A stretch of 64,000 bases of DNA, taken from Klebsormidium nitens (Eukaryota > Plantae > Klebsormidiophyceae). The notes under the pieces were generated by a model that saw only the letters and a list, made by a program, of their open reading frames with translations, did not search any database and was not told the origin of the DNA. Each line of letters begins with the position of its first letter. The first letter of the stretch is position 1. This document shows, one piece after another, positions 1-12,633 of the stretch. The position numbers and the translations under genes are program-made. Location of the stretch: assembly GCA_000708835.1 (NCBI GenBank), contig DF236964.1:1-64000 (forward strand), given 5' to 3'.

Positions 1-940
1 GCTGAACGACGAAGGACTGACGCGGGATGCCGGTTTTGTTCTGCGTTACGCGGAAAGTTATTAGCGCCTTCCCACTGTACAGCCGAGAGTAAATCTCGAC
101 CTCTGTAACGGCCCAAGAACAACGGCAGTGAAGCTGGTAGGGCTAATTGAGTCGGACAGTGCTGTATCAGTATCTACAGTGTACACTGTTGACACAATGT
201 CTTGGAAGTTGTCATCTGCTTTGGCAGTTCTCCTTTGGAAACTGCCAGAACATGCACAGCAACGGCGAAAAACAAAGGCGACTTTGAATTTTTATCTACC
301 TAAGTAATTGAAAGGCTGCCTTGAATGCAGGCATTGCAAATAGATATCCGCCAGCGGAAGCAGCTTGTAAGAAATGTGGTGCAAAGACTTAACGATGGCA
401 CTTATGTCGGCGCAGGTGGCATGCCCCGACAGAAGAGCCACAACTTAGAATTACGGAAGGAGACGCGGGGAAGACGCAATTGCGGGGCCGAGTTTTCCGA
501 ACCTTTCAAGTCGCATGCATTGTCATCAGTCACCAAGATCATTTTAGAACCCCTGTGGAACCAAATTAGGCTCACATGCGAGCGCTGTGTCTCTAACGAT
601 TTGTGATCAGAATGGTAAATGAGGACGAGCCGCACCGCTTCTCGGCAGGGTATGGCTGGCAAAGTGGGAGCGAGCCGCATCTGGACAAGCGAGCGGTGCA
701 TCCGCTTGCAGCAGTCACCGAGATGAGAGGTCAGCCGGAGCTCCCGAGAAACTGATTCCTTTGTGGCAAGCCGATCCAATATCAAAGTCGGACTTGGCCG
801 AAAGGTTGGTCAGCTTTCAGCGAGACTCGACCAATATGTTGGAGCAAGAAAAGGGAAACCAGCTTTGGTGGTGGATGGTTTCTCCAGCATTATGGGAAGT
901 CTTTTTAAAATGGCTCTGATTGAGCTATGTGTGTCAGACT

Positions 941-1131
941 TCATCGGTCGGCCCTGGCTGACAATCATTCCCCACAAGGCCTAGCCTAGTCTCCGCACAG
1001 TCTACCTGCTTAGCTTGAGTGGCTTCTTCACTTCAAAGTCATCGGTCGGCCCTGGCTGACAATCATTCCCCACAAGGCCTAGCCTAGTCTCCGCACAGTC
1101 TACCTGCTTAGCTTGAGTGGCTTCTTCACTT
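941..1131. repeat. Perfect 93-bp tandem direct duplication (period 98 bp)
   Basis: 941-1033 and 1039-1131 are identical (TCATCGGTCGGCCC...CTTCTTCACTT), separated by CAAAG. Confidence 0.95.
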
Positions 1132-2488
1132 TTTCCATGGGACACCAAGCTCAAGCAACCTCATTGTCGAGTCTCTTTCAGCAATCATCAAAAGCTTCCT
1201 CTGACTTTGATTTTCTTGCGGCATCTCAGTCTGTCAAGAGTCTCCATTCCATAGCCCCTCACACTTGTATGGAGGCAAGGAGCGTTTCAGTGCACCACTC
1301 AGACCAGAGGACCGATGTGTGCAGCAAATGCAATACGCACTCAGAAAAGCTCTACTTCAGAATTGATTGGTGCACTTGCCCTTCTGATCATGCTTCTGTT
1401 GCTTCTGATCATGCTCTCTGTTGGTATTATCCATGGGGGAAGCGACATTGTTCTGAAACGACAACCTTACTCAAAATGCTCCTGCAAATTGTCCAATCCT
1501 GCGGTCCAAAGAAGGCTCACTTTGACCTGGAGGCCAAGGCTGTTCGCAAGAGACAGCCGATGCCCTTCCTTCGATGACACACTTTCATGTCGTAAGTACC
1601 CACTTAGTACTGTTAGACGCCCTGGTGTCAGCTGTTTAGCGCCTCGCGGGTCGATTCTGCTTCTAAAGCTTTTGCACTTGAAACCTGACCTGCACTGCAT
1701 GTGTTTCCTGCCAGCCCCCTGTATCCCCCAGAAGCACGGTCGCCAAGTCTGCACCCCCCCAACCAAGGAGTCGACAAGAAGGTGAGTTTCACTTACTTCT
1801 AAGTTTGCTGCTTCATTACTTAGAGAGCAGAGTTCCATGGGTTTAACACCGAAGTTCAGCTTGGTGCATCAGCTGAAAGCTTAGAGCTCGCACAACTCAG
1901 CAAATTGCAGAAGGCAACCAAAGCAGACACGAGTCAGGTGCAGCAACTTTCCGAGAGATTCAGTGTGCTTTACAATCTCGAATGTGTGATGCAGGAAGGG
2001 TTCCATTAGCACAGATGCGCAGGGCTTCTTATCATTGCAAGAGGCATTGACATTACCTGGTTATCGTTAGGACCCTTGTCTTCAAGTGAGACAGTTCCCT
2101 ATGTCAAATCCGTCAGAAGCATGTACACTCAACCGCCCTCACAGTACCTTTTACCTGATGCGTTATCCCCGGCTCATCTTTGAGCTCGATGACGTCATGT
2201 TGACCACCCGCTGACTCAATCTGGCCTCCTGCCATATCGTCTGTAGCAACCCCAACCCGAGCGCAGAGATCGACCAGCCAGCTACGCAGCACCTATGAAA
2301 GCTTCGCTAACGCTCACTTTCTGCTCAAGCTGACACCACACGATGACGTCAGACTGACTGCTCGGGTGCACTCAAAGCAGCGCCCCTCATCCGAGCGCGG
2401 CGGTCGGTGGCCCAGCTGATGCGGCACTCGCATTTAATTGTCCCAATAACGTCATGCTGACGTCACCTTGTCCTGGACTGGTATGCAG

Positions 2489-5400
2489 TCCCGCCGACTC
2501 GAGCGCCGCGGTCGACGGTCCAGCTGACGCGGCAGCTGGAAAGACTGACGGGCAGTTTCCGGACTCTTCCCGATGGCGTTGGCGCGTCCACAGTGATCGA
2601 GAGGGACAAAGCGGAGCTGCTGGAGCGACAGGAGGATCGGATCAGAAGTAAACTCTCACAATCTGCTTCGGTATCTGACCAGCCGGGATTCGCAAACCCG
2701 GACCGGTTAAAGAGGTTGGAGATCAACACACCCCGGCAGGCCTTGTGGCATTGGGGCCTGGACTACGCCTCCTCGGACTTCACACTGATGTCATGGCCGA
2801 TGTCCGGCCTCTCGCCGTTCTCGTTGCTGACGTCACCCCTGTCAAACCTCCGTTGCGCGGCTTGGTTGTGGCTGCTCTTCTTTCTCTGCTCGAGCGATGG
2901 GCGAGCATCTGTACTTCAGATGAGGGGCTGGTCATTCGGGAGCTGCAAAAAAAGCGACGGAACGGATTCAGATGTGAGTTGCAAACGTACTCTACAGAGA
3001 AATTTCTGTCCAATATATCAAAGCAATATACTGAGCAATCGCGCTCTTGTGAGAAAGGTACTGGGAGTGAGGATTCCAAGGGGAGAAGATGCGGAGCTTC
3101 GGCATCTTGTGCAAGACCAGTGCTGGTTTCCTTTTGGAGGCACACGATGTAGGAACGTAGGCTTAAGCGCACCACTTGCTGATAACAATAACTTCTTTCA
3201 TTACTTGATGCCTCGAAGGCGCGTCTTCACTTATTAAAATTGACAGAGGTGTGGAGCTCGTACGACGGCTCATGACACTGTGCGCGCCCCAATCCTAGGT
3301 TGTGAACTCAAATCCGAAGTAAATATCTAAGCATCTTTCTTGTGTTCAGAGTTCAACGCGCTCGGAGTTTTCAAGCCACACGTCAGCATCGTGCGCGCCC
3401 GGGCCATCTATCATGTGGAGCTCGCAAAGAGGTAAGCAGAAAGTTGACGTTAACAGTTCGTCACGTACCCTAAGAATCCGGACGGGAGCTTGAAGGAACC
3501 CAGGACGCTGTTCCCCAGCGGCACTCACAACTCAAATTGAGCAATTCGTTTCTGCTCGTTGTAAACAAAGTAGTGGTGTAAGGCTTGCAAGTGGAACCGG
3601 AAAAGGCGTTTGAGGACTCTAATCGTGTGACCCTAGCCTGCACGGTGGGATGAAACAAAAAAGTTAAGGCTACGAACGGAAAGGTCGGTAGGAAAGGATC
3701 ACCACACACTGGATATCCATCCCTCAACTTTCAACGGTCCCTAGGTGGACTGCGCACTGTGTCTCCAGGAGGATAACATAGTTAAGCAGATCCGCATGAA
3801 AGAAATTAGGAACGGCCTCGAGTTTCCAGCGACAATGTCCCGAATGAACTGTTTGGTTGTTCCAGCAACCCGCCTCCCTTGTTTGGATCGTCGAGAATAG
3901 TTCCTTCAATCAACTATCAATAATCGATGATCGACAACCATTGATCGATCATCAATCATCAATAACCGATAATACTACATCAACAATCAATATTCAACAA
4001 TTATTCATCAATCAACAACCATTATAATCAATGATCAATAACATCAAACCAGATTTCGTTCCGCTCCCGCAGGCTCAAGTTAAAGCAGTCACGCGACTCC
4101 GAAGCCGGAGCTCAAAGCGGAAAAGCAGGCTTCCGTTGTGGCTCCACCGCCTCCTCCCCCGGGCCTACACAACAAACTCGACAGGATCCTCAATGTGAGT
4201 ACCCCGGCTTTCTTTCTCTCAAATGGCAATTTAGAGTATAAAGTATAAAGTAAGGGTTGCAACCAATCCCGCACAAATTGAGGGTCTCCACGGTCGTCAA
4301 TCAAAGGCATAAGTTGTCAGGATTATTCGAAGAATGCCAGATTTATTACTCTGCTTGGAAGAAATTGCTTTTCGCGCACACAACTGTCACCGAAATACGA
4401 GGGTTCACGAAGAGGGCCTGGGCTGACGCGTCCGCTTGGGCGACTCCTTCGCACCAAAGAGACCACAAACGGTCGCCCTGCAGAACTGAGTGAGTTTATT
4501 TGCAGCAACCCGGGGAGAACGTGTAGTGCTCTGGTGCGTCGCCAATATAAGATTGCTCTGACGCCCTCTTTACTTATTCATGCATTCACCGCGGTCATCT
4601 ATTCCTTCTTCCTCAGGACGACACGCTTGCGTCACCTCCAAACGCGACGCTCTGGCTGACATCACAGCGCCGGCTCACGCGCCGCGCGACAATGCGGCGG
4701 CTGACGTAGCGGAAGACGGTGCTGACGTCACAGCCGTCGAAGTTGGACCTGCTGACGTCGGAGAGGACGCGGGCGCTTGCGGAGAAGGTGCACGGTAAGG
4801 TGTGCCAGCCTTTTCTAGCGTGTGACGTCAGCACTCGTAATCCGGGCGGTGCAAAGCCAGGACGAGAGCGCTTGGAGATATAAGCATACGCGACAGACGT
4901 CCGCGAATGTTTTTGGTCTGAATAAGGATCATTCTGAATTCTGACCACACCCAACTTTCGAATAGAAACCGGCAACTCTAGGTCGCAAACGGCGTGTCAG
5001 CTGGAATGCAAGACAAGGCGACGGTAGAGCTGGGTTTGATTGTCGCCACGACTGTCTATGTGGCAAGTGAATCTTTTCGGCGATCGGGGAAGGAGGCCTC
5101 GGATTGTTGAAGTTGCCTTTTGAGGCACCTTAGACTCAGTGCGTACGTCCGGACTGACCAGTTATATGTGGAAGGGGTATGCGAACCGGGGTTGTGCCAT
5201 GACAAGGCACATACTGATAGAATCCGATCGAAGTTCTTTCGCAATTGTTTATGATTTTTGGAGGCAAAAGAGGAGCAAGCTCGGTATAGCTCTCCGCCTT
5301 TAAGGGGGCGTCTACCCCATGTGGCTCGCGGCGACATCTAGATAACGGGCAGCAACTGCCCGTCACTACTCACGTGGCTTTCGCGAGCGACTGCGAAAGT

Positions 5401-7064
5401 CGAACTCATCGCCACTGGTCGCCGTGTGGGACTTGTCCAACAACGTTCTCTTTAAAACTTTCTCTTCTTGTAACGATCCACTTCGTATCGGAAGGCCCCA
5501 GAGTTCAACACACGGCATATGCGCAAATCCAGGTCATTGCAACTCAGCTGCAAGTCTACTTGTGCTGACAGTACCGCAAATTTCCGTGACGCAGAACAAA
5601 CGGAGGAGGCCGCGCGTTGGGCCAACGCCGAGATTGTGGCGCGCGTCCAAGCGACAGAGGGAGAGGTGTTGGCGCGCGTGGAAGCGACGCAGCTCGCGCG
5701 TTTCGTGCGCGGCTACCGGGCGGCGGCGGAAGAGGGTTTGGAGGGTTTGCATGGCGCGAGCGGGGCGGAAGCGGCGTCCGTTTGGCAAAACGGAAGGGTT
5801 ATGAGGGGTTTGGGAAGGGGAGGGCGGGTTAGGACGTTTAACCGGGGGTTTGCGAAGCGACGCGGAAGCGCTAGCGGGCATTCCTGCAGCGGGCGAACGG
5901 GAGACCGGACGGGCGAACGGAACGGAGAACGGAACGAAACCGAAAGATGCTGAGAAGAGTACAGGCGGGTCGCGGTCCAAAGTTCAAGTTCACGATTCGA
6001 AAAGAGCTCCTTGTCGCGGCAGAAAAGCGGCTCGCGAGGGCGACACGGAGAGAGGCGGGCGAGCCTCGGGCGTCGCTCTTCCAGGGAAGAAGAAGCTCTG
6101 CGAGTGGACGTGGCTGCTGACCTTATCGACCGCGCTGGAAAGGTGATTTTTCATGCTCTCAGATGGTCTTCTGATTGACATACCGGTGTCAATAGGCAGG
6201 CGTCTCGCGGAACGGTTTTGCGCGAGAGTTTGAGATCTACTTGTTCGCCACGTCAATGTCATTAAGACACTGTCAAGGGGTTGTACACAATTTGCCTGCT
6301 CGGGTTACTCTAGAAATATTCCGCTGAGTCATCGTCTTTAAATAAGTACTCGTTTGAAATCAGCAGTACCGTATTTGCGAGGATCAGGCATTGGCATCAT
6401 ATATGTGCTCCAAAGGCGGCTCTGCGGTTACTTCACGCTGTCAAAGACTTCGTGCTTGCTTTCTTTATTCGAAGGTCCAGAGAGAGAATTTCTACTTTCG
6501 AAATCAGATCACATCGGTATCCAGATGTTGGTTGTTCTGGAGAGTGCTGGCAGTACAAGCAAGAGTTGGGTTTCTGGAAGACCGGGAATCGTTCAGTCTC
6601 CAGCCTCGTGTATCCAATCCGACTAAATGCATGTTTACTAACGCTCTATACCTGTCATGTTCAACTGAAGCACGTGACTTGTTCGAGCGTCGCGTTGATT
6701 CAGAAGAATTCAAATGGGCCCTCGATTTTTGCGGATATTGCTGCAAACCGTTTCTCTCTTGCTGCAGCTTGCGAACAAAGAGGAGCAAGTGGCCGCGCTC
6801 CAGCGAAACCGGAAGGAAACGGAAGCCGGAACAAGCGGAACGCAACCGCCGTGCTATCGAGCTCGCACCGCGCAGGGCTGGGCGGCTTTGAAGAGCAGCC
6901 TCTTGTCCGCACGTCTGACCTTCGCGACGGAAAATGATTCCGCCGGAACAGTCGCAGAGGAGTCCGAACCCACTCCTTCTGCTGCTGAAAGCAGCGGAAT
7001 CGCCGGCGAGGGGCTTCTGGGGCGCCGGACGGCTTTGACACCAGAGAAAGTTTTGCGGACTTAG
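2489..7064 (+). CDS. Multi-exon hypothetical protein (coiled-coil/low complexity); may extend further 5'
   Basis: Protein-like segments bounded by splice signals: ~2489-2648 (..QLTRQLERLTG..IERDKAELLERQEDRIR), ~2741 (ALWHWGLDYASSDF), ~3350-3431 (EFNALGVFKPHVSIVRARAIYHVELAK), ~4618-4795, ~5570-5800, ~6040-6143, and a terminal segment 6714-7064 (..LANKEEQVAALQRN..TPEKVLRT*). No family recognised; exon joins not fully resolved. Confidence 0.5.
3900..4046. repeat. G-poor ATC/AAT low-complexity tract, probably intronic
   Basis: Degenerate TCAAT/ATCAA/GATC units with very few G on the + strand. Confidence 0.7.
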
Positions 7065-8393
7065 AAGAGGACGTCGCGATCGGAGAAGGGTGAAACGAAG
7101 AGACGAAGTTGGAGCTGCTTGCGCGTATTGATGTATGCTTATTGCTGTGCGCGGTAAACGGACAGGATGGATTTGAGCACGACGTTGGGGGTATTGACTG
7201 ACAACAGTAGGAAAGAGAATGTTGCAGGAATGTTTCTTGTGTCGAACCAAGAGCGTCTACAACTTCTGGAAGTTAGGCGGCATAGCTTAAGCATATGAAG
7301 CATGCGTGCAATTTGATCAGCAAGCCTCTTTTGACAATATCCAAGTTTTGCCTTGATCGGTACGCCAATGCCTTCGCGTAACATCGTGCCAAAGTAGCTA
7401 TCAGCGCCATGGGTACGATCCTTCGTCTTCGTATCTTCACTTCGCCATTCTTTATCACAACCAATCTTTGCTCAACGACGTGTGACAACTGTGTATATTA
7501 ACAAGAGGGTAACACGCGTCGTTTATGTTTGCAACTGTAAGGCACATCGATCATTTTACGAGTGCTGGTCGTATGCGTCACCGTGCGCAGTACCAATTTA
7601 ATGTGCTGCAGTGTGAAACCCCCGTTTAGTACATGCGAGTTGCAGCGCCAATCGTCCCTCATTTCATAGAATATACTGTCGAGTGCGCCGAACCGGACTC
7701 TCGTCTTTGTTTACTAAGATGATTACGATCACGCACAAACCCGAAGATGCAAAATTGGCCTAGAGAGAGAAACGCGCGACATCCTCTATTGCAGTGTAAC
7801 AAAAGTGTCCTAGTTTCCCTAGCTCCACCCTAGCTGGATGTCGATCTGACGGTCGAAGTACTATGGTTCAACCTTAAGGTTACTTTCAACAAATATGGCA
7901 GGTGGGTAGCGTGAGATCCTAGCTTACTAGGGGTAAGTTACTAGGGTAAGTCACTACGGGTAAGTTACCCCTAGCTTCAACTTACTCAAGGGGCGTGTAT
8001 ATCATGTACTCAAACGGAGGCGCATGCTGATGAACAATGAATGGCAAACTTAAAACGGCACATGTGAACGCCATTCCAGAATACTTGACTCATCATATAT
8101 TTAGTGACAACATTATAACTCTACGTGAAAACTTTTAGAAACGCAAATTACTTCCAAAATTGTCCCTGTCCAACTTAACATCAACACGTCTAAGTAGAGT
8201 GGCGCTCTCAATTGGCAAAGCTTACTGACTACATTCGAGTTACAGGCAGAAGTCAACCAGTCGGAAGCTTATGAACTCACTGTGGGACTACCTATAGTTT
8301 GGGGGGATGTTGCGAACCTTGGAAGTCTTTTCCTGCTTGGGGTTTATGATTCGTCATCATGCCAGCTGGTGCCAATCCCGGGCCTCCTAATAC

Positions 8394-10242
8394 TCAAACG
8401 AGTCGCTCGAGCAAGACTTCAAGGTCTTCCAGCAGGTTATCACCAATAGCGGATCCGTAGCGATCTCCGTTTTTGTATACGATGACCATAGGCACGTGAA
8501 CTACGTTGGCGAAGCTCACAATGTCCTGTGTACACAGTAGATCTAGTCAGCCACTTATGTGCTTTCAACTCTGAAGTAACACAGTGTCCCGTACGGCGTA
8601 GGAGAAGGAAGCATTCTCGAGAATCACTCACAGCAGAACGGTATTTTCTCGGACATTAGCTCGTCTTGGGATTCAGATGAGCCTAGGATGGTCTTTGAAA
8701 CGCAAGATCTTTCATCAAGAATTCTGAAAGACACGAGTTGAGAGTTGCTTTAGAGACCGCAAGACAGTCGCAAGTGTCACTTTCCGTTGTAACCTGTAAA
8801 CCTGTATAAGTGGGTAAGGTTACTCAGATCATCATTGGGGAAACAGGTTAGCAGGTATACGTCTTGAGTGTAAAACCCAACGGCCCACCTGAATCTGCGG
8901 TGCTTGTATCCTCCAGCCAACGTGAAGCAATCAACACTACGTTCTTGGGAGGATCATCATCGTCATAGGAAGGGCGAGCACTTACCCTCTCGGCATAGGC
9001 GTCGACATTGTAGAAGGCCATCCCGCGACCCGCGTAATGGTTGCACATTCCTTCGAAAACACTGTCAATATAACCACAGCCCTCGTCACACCCCGTGAAC
9101 AAGACCACCACCTGTAAGAAAGAAGCTTCAAATCATTGTGGACACAAGGGTGGAACGAGAGTGCCAAGTTGACGAAAGTGAGTGCAGTGCGCTTGCTTAA
9201 CCGACTCTCAAACCTGGCACTTTCAATCCAGAAGATATTTTGAATGCATGAGAGGCGTACGTCAAACTTGAGTGACGGTGTGGACTGGGTAACACCATCA
9301 GGGGTCAGGCTGAACCTTTTGTTTCCATGCATCCTGAGTGTGTGCACTTGCCTTCTTTTCTGTGCTGAGGACCTGTTTGTAGTTATCCAAGCCAGACAGC
9401 TCCTTAACGTCGCTCGCCCGTAGGTCCGGTGCACTGATGTTAAGCAAACTCTCAATGGCCTCCATAGCGTCTGTCAGCGCAGAGACAGCCTGGTTGGCAG
9501 CCGAAGCCAAGAGCCCTGTCAAGAAGGACACAACGTTTTGAAGGGGCCAGACCATACCGCGTTGCTTTATGAATCAAACAGACAAACATGATGTCACATG
9601 TCGATTCAAGACAATTTGCGTAGAAAACTCTTATCTCGCCTACTTGTATATCACTTTTGAACAGGGGTAAAATCCTGTCAAAGAGTAAATGCTGCATGCA
9701 GCTTCATTTGTAATCCTGTTTCAGGTGATCATTCGTATATGTCACACAATGCAAGCAACACCACGAAGAAAAGACAAGTGTGCATGCAAGTGTCACACAC
9801 TAACACCATCCCTCCTCAAAATTTCTGATATGCGGCCAGATGACCAGTAACCTATTAGATATAACAGATCGGGGCCATCAAAATCTCCATGCTTTTAAGC
9901 TGGGCATAACTGACATAACACTTCTGAAAGCTTGGACATGTTCATTGTAATCCATCCATGGCCCAATCCATCCAACGGAATGCCACTAGTGCAGTGCTAG
10001 AAATTTGTCAGGACCCAGTAAGGAAATGCAAACAGAGTCTGCCATTGATCAGCACATTAAGAACTTTAATCAGTAGTCTCTCCTCTCAGCTTTTGGCACA
10101 CTCACCGTCTGACCCTCCATTCAGCACCTTGCGCGGCGCACTCGCGGCTGTCGTGATGTCAAAGGCCTTCGTCAGCGTGCGCAAAGGCAGCAGTTGCCGC
10201 TGACAGCAGGAGGAGCGCGAGGAAGAAGCGCGCAGCAGCCAT
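8394..10242 (-). CDS. Secreted thioredoxin-fold protein with atypical CDEGC motif; apparent frameshift in exon 1
   Basis: Signal peptide MAAARFFLALLLLSAATAAFA. Spliced Trx-like core VKELSGLDNYKQVLSTEKK|VVVLFTGCDEGCGYIDSVFEGMCNHYAGRGMAFYNVDAYAER|DIVSFANVVHVPMVIVYKNGDRYGSAIGDNLLEDLEVLLERLV*, matching the thioredoxin pattern (VVV-F..C..C, F..VD, cis-Pro VP, KNG). Exons between exon 1 and ~9564 not resolved. Confidence 0.65.
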
Positions 10243-10584
10243 GGCTGATTGATCGAGAGTCTTTGGAGGAGGCCGGTCGCTCAGGTCAGGAGGACCTTTG
10301 CAAATGGATGTGAAGGGATATGAGATTCGGTATAGGCGCTGGGAAGATCACTTTGCTTGAAGTACCGTATGGTACTGCCTATAGTAGGACCTAGTTACTT
10401 CTGCTGGGGTTCTGCTTCACCGAGCATCAAACTATCTTTGACAAATTCAGCTGGAATCCGTATCTCGATCACGCCACGAGGTAATGCCATCAATGTCATC
10501 ATTCATCTACTGACCTACTGCACTGAATCCTGATCTACTGATCTACCGATCTGCTGACGAATACACTGGCAGCCTGGGGCAAAC

Positions 10585-11170
10585 CTAGCCGGCCGGGAAG
10601 GGACCCCGGCCGAATTGAGGCACCCCGCCGGCTGCTCAGCCGGCAGAAAGTGCTCACGCTTGCTGTGCCCATGGCCGGCCGCTAAAGCTAGGAACCGACT
10701 ACAGCGCCGGCAGGACCGAGACGGGCGTGGGAACTCGCTCTAGCTACTGGACCGCGTAGGCGATGCTAATGGACACAAGGACTTGAGTGGCCGTTGACTA
10801 GGCGTGTGAGTCGTGACTGAAGATTCATGTACCCCGACCAAACAAACCAAATATACTAACCTGAATAATCACGCGCTCCACACCCAACCAACCCAAATCA
10901 CCCGCCTAACCCCACCCGTCCCCCGGGCGCCTTTCTTAAGTCATACGGCTCTTAGGTCACACTTGCGTTACCAGCAGTGCTTGCCACGAACCGGTGTTTC
11001 AGCTGGACCTGGCCGGCAGAAATGACAGATCAACCGGTGCCGAAGGCACCCCACCGGCTCGACAGCCGGCAAAAAATGCTGAGCGAATAGGCAAAACCGG
11101 CGCCCGGTGCTTCAGCCTGTGTTGCCAGCCGGTAGAAATGTAGGAGGGCCGGTAGACAGCCGGCACCGGT
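10585..11170. repeat. Degenerate CCGG-rich internally repetitive segment
   Basis: GGCACCCC(G/A)CCGGCT..CAGCCGGCA(G/A)AAA at ~10619 and ~11045. GCCGG(C/T)AGAAATG at ~11012 and ~11128. Inverted ACCGGTGCCG/CGGCACCGGT at ~11033/11161. Confidence 0.45.
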
Positions 11171-12529
11171 GAAAGTTGGTGGCAAGCCCTGGTTACCAGA
11201 GTGGAGTACCGTACCGGTAGTCGCCAGACTCCAGAGTCTCGAGTCGGTTGTATGGAACCTGCAGCACGCGCCAGAGATTTGGACTTGAGTCGGTTGTTTC
11301 CAGAAATTCGTTGCATTTACTGCTTCAATGATTGCCGCAGTGCCGGGCGCCTTGGCGGCCGCGGGGACCCGGCCGCGCAGCCGGCCCGGGCTCACCGACC
11401 GACGCGCGAATCGACTGAGAGATTGGCGAGGAGCGGCCGCGCCGCCAAGCTTTGTGCCTAACTTGTGCTTGCATTGTCCATTGCATGATAGAGCTACAAG
11501 TATGTACTACAAGGGCCGACGCATTTGTGGCGAATTCTTTCAATCTCAACCGAATAAAATTTGAAGCTGCTAACAGCCAGCCTCGGCAACCGTACCATTA
11601 ATTGCCATTTGCATGACTCCAGTACTAGCACTTACTTGCCTCAAAAAAAATTCGATAACGTGTCCACTGCCATAGGAAGCAAAATTAATTCTTTTGAGGT
11701 GCTATATTTTCTTTCCAGGTGCCGGCCATTGGTGGTGTTCCAGGTGTCTTATTCCAGCTGGAAATGACCTCCTTCAAATCACTTGAATATATAGCCTGCC
11801 ATAAAGCTAGCCACTCGGGCGAACGGTTCAAGATCTAAGACAAGTATGCACCGTACTATCATGATCAATTCGTCCTGTACCGAAGTCGATGATCAATACA
11901 AGGCCCTAGAAATATCTTGGGGCATGAGAAGCCGGCCCAAGACAATTGAAAAGGGGACTCGGTTTGCATATCACGCTCACTGCCAACACGTGATGCCTGA
12001 GAGGTCCATAATATAAAACTTCGTCTGATTTCAACCTCCCAATAATTGGTGACATGCTTCGACTTAAGTAAGGCAATTGCGACTGCCGACACGGCCTCTG
12101 CAGCGTGCATAAAACTCGTCGATTGCATCCGACGAACATGTAGCAAGGACTACCCTCTGATGGCTTGATGGAACGCACAAAGACTCCTCTCAATGTGCCA
12201 GGGTTTGCGGGCTCCCTGGGCCTCAGTGCGAGTGACTACTCTGTCCGGCCGAGAGCCGGTTCATGTTGCTAGAGCTACCAAACTTCATAAGCGTAATTGG
12301 ACTGAACGAAAAGTTACATGACTGCGCCGACGCCTACACTTTCGCGAGCAAATTTCACTAGTGACCAGCATTTAATAGATTGCGGCCGACGGCGTCTCTG
12401 ACGGCTTCAGGGGCCTACGTTTATAAGCGTCACACGTGTTCTTCCTACCAAAACCAAGCGTGCTTAAATCTCAAAGCCGCAATTTTACATCGTTAACCAG
12501 TGACTGACAGCGTGTCCTCCCTGCCGATA

Positions 12530-12573
12530 CCAAACCTTCAGCCATAAGTTGGGTCTTATGGCTGAAGGTTTGG
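12530..12573. other. Perfect 19-bp-stem hairpin (6-nt loop) just 3' of the cyclase stop codon
   Basis: CCAAACCTTCAGCCATAAG-TTGGGT-CTTATGGCTGAAGGTTTGG. Confidence 0.9.
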
Positions 12574-12633
12574 GATGACTGACACCGACGGAAGTCATTG
12601 ATCGATTACTATGCCGCTGACGTCAGCGCGACG

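Noticed and set aside
6504-7250. 248-aa minus-strand ORF
   Set aside because: It is antisense to a + strand exon and has no protein-like composition.
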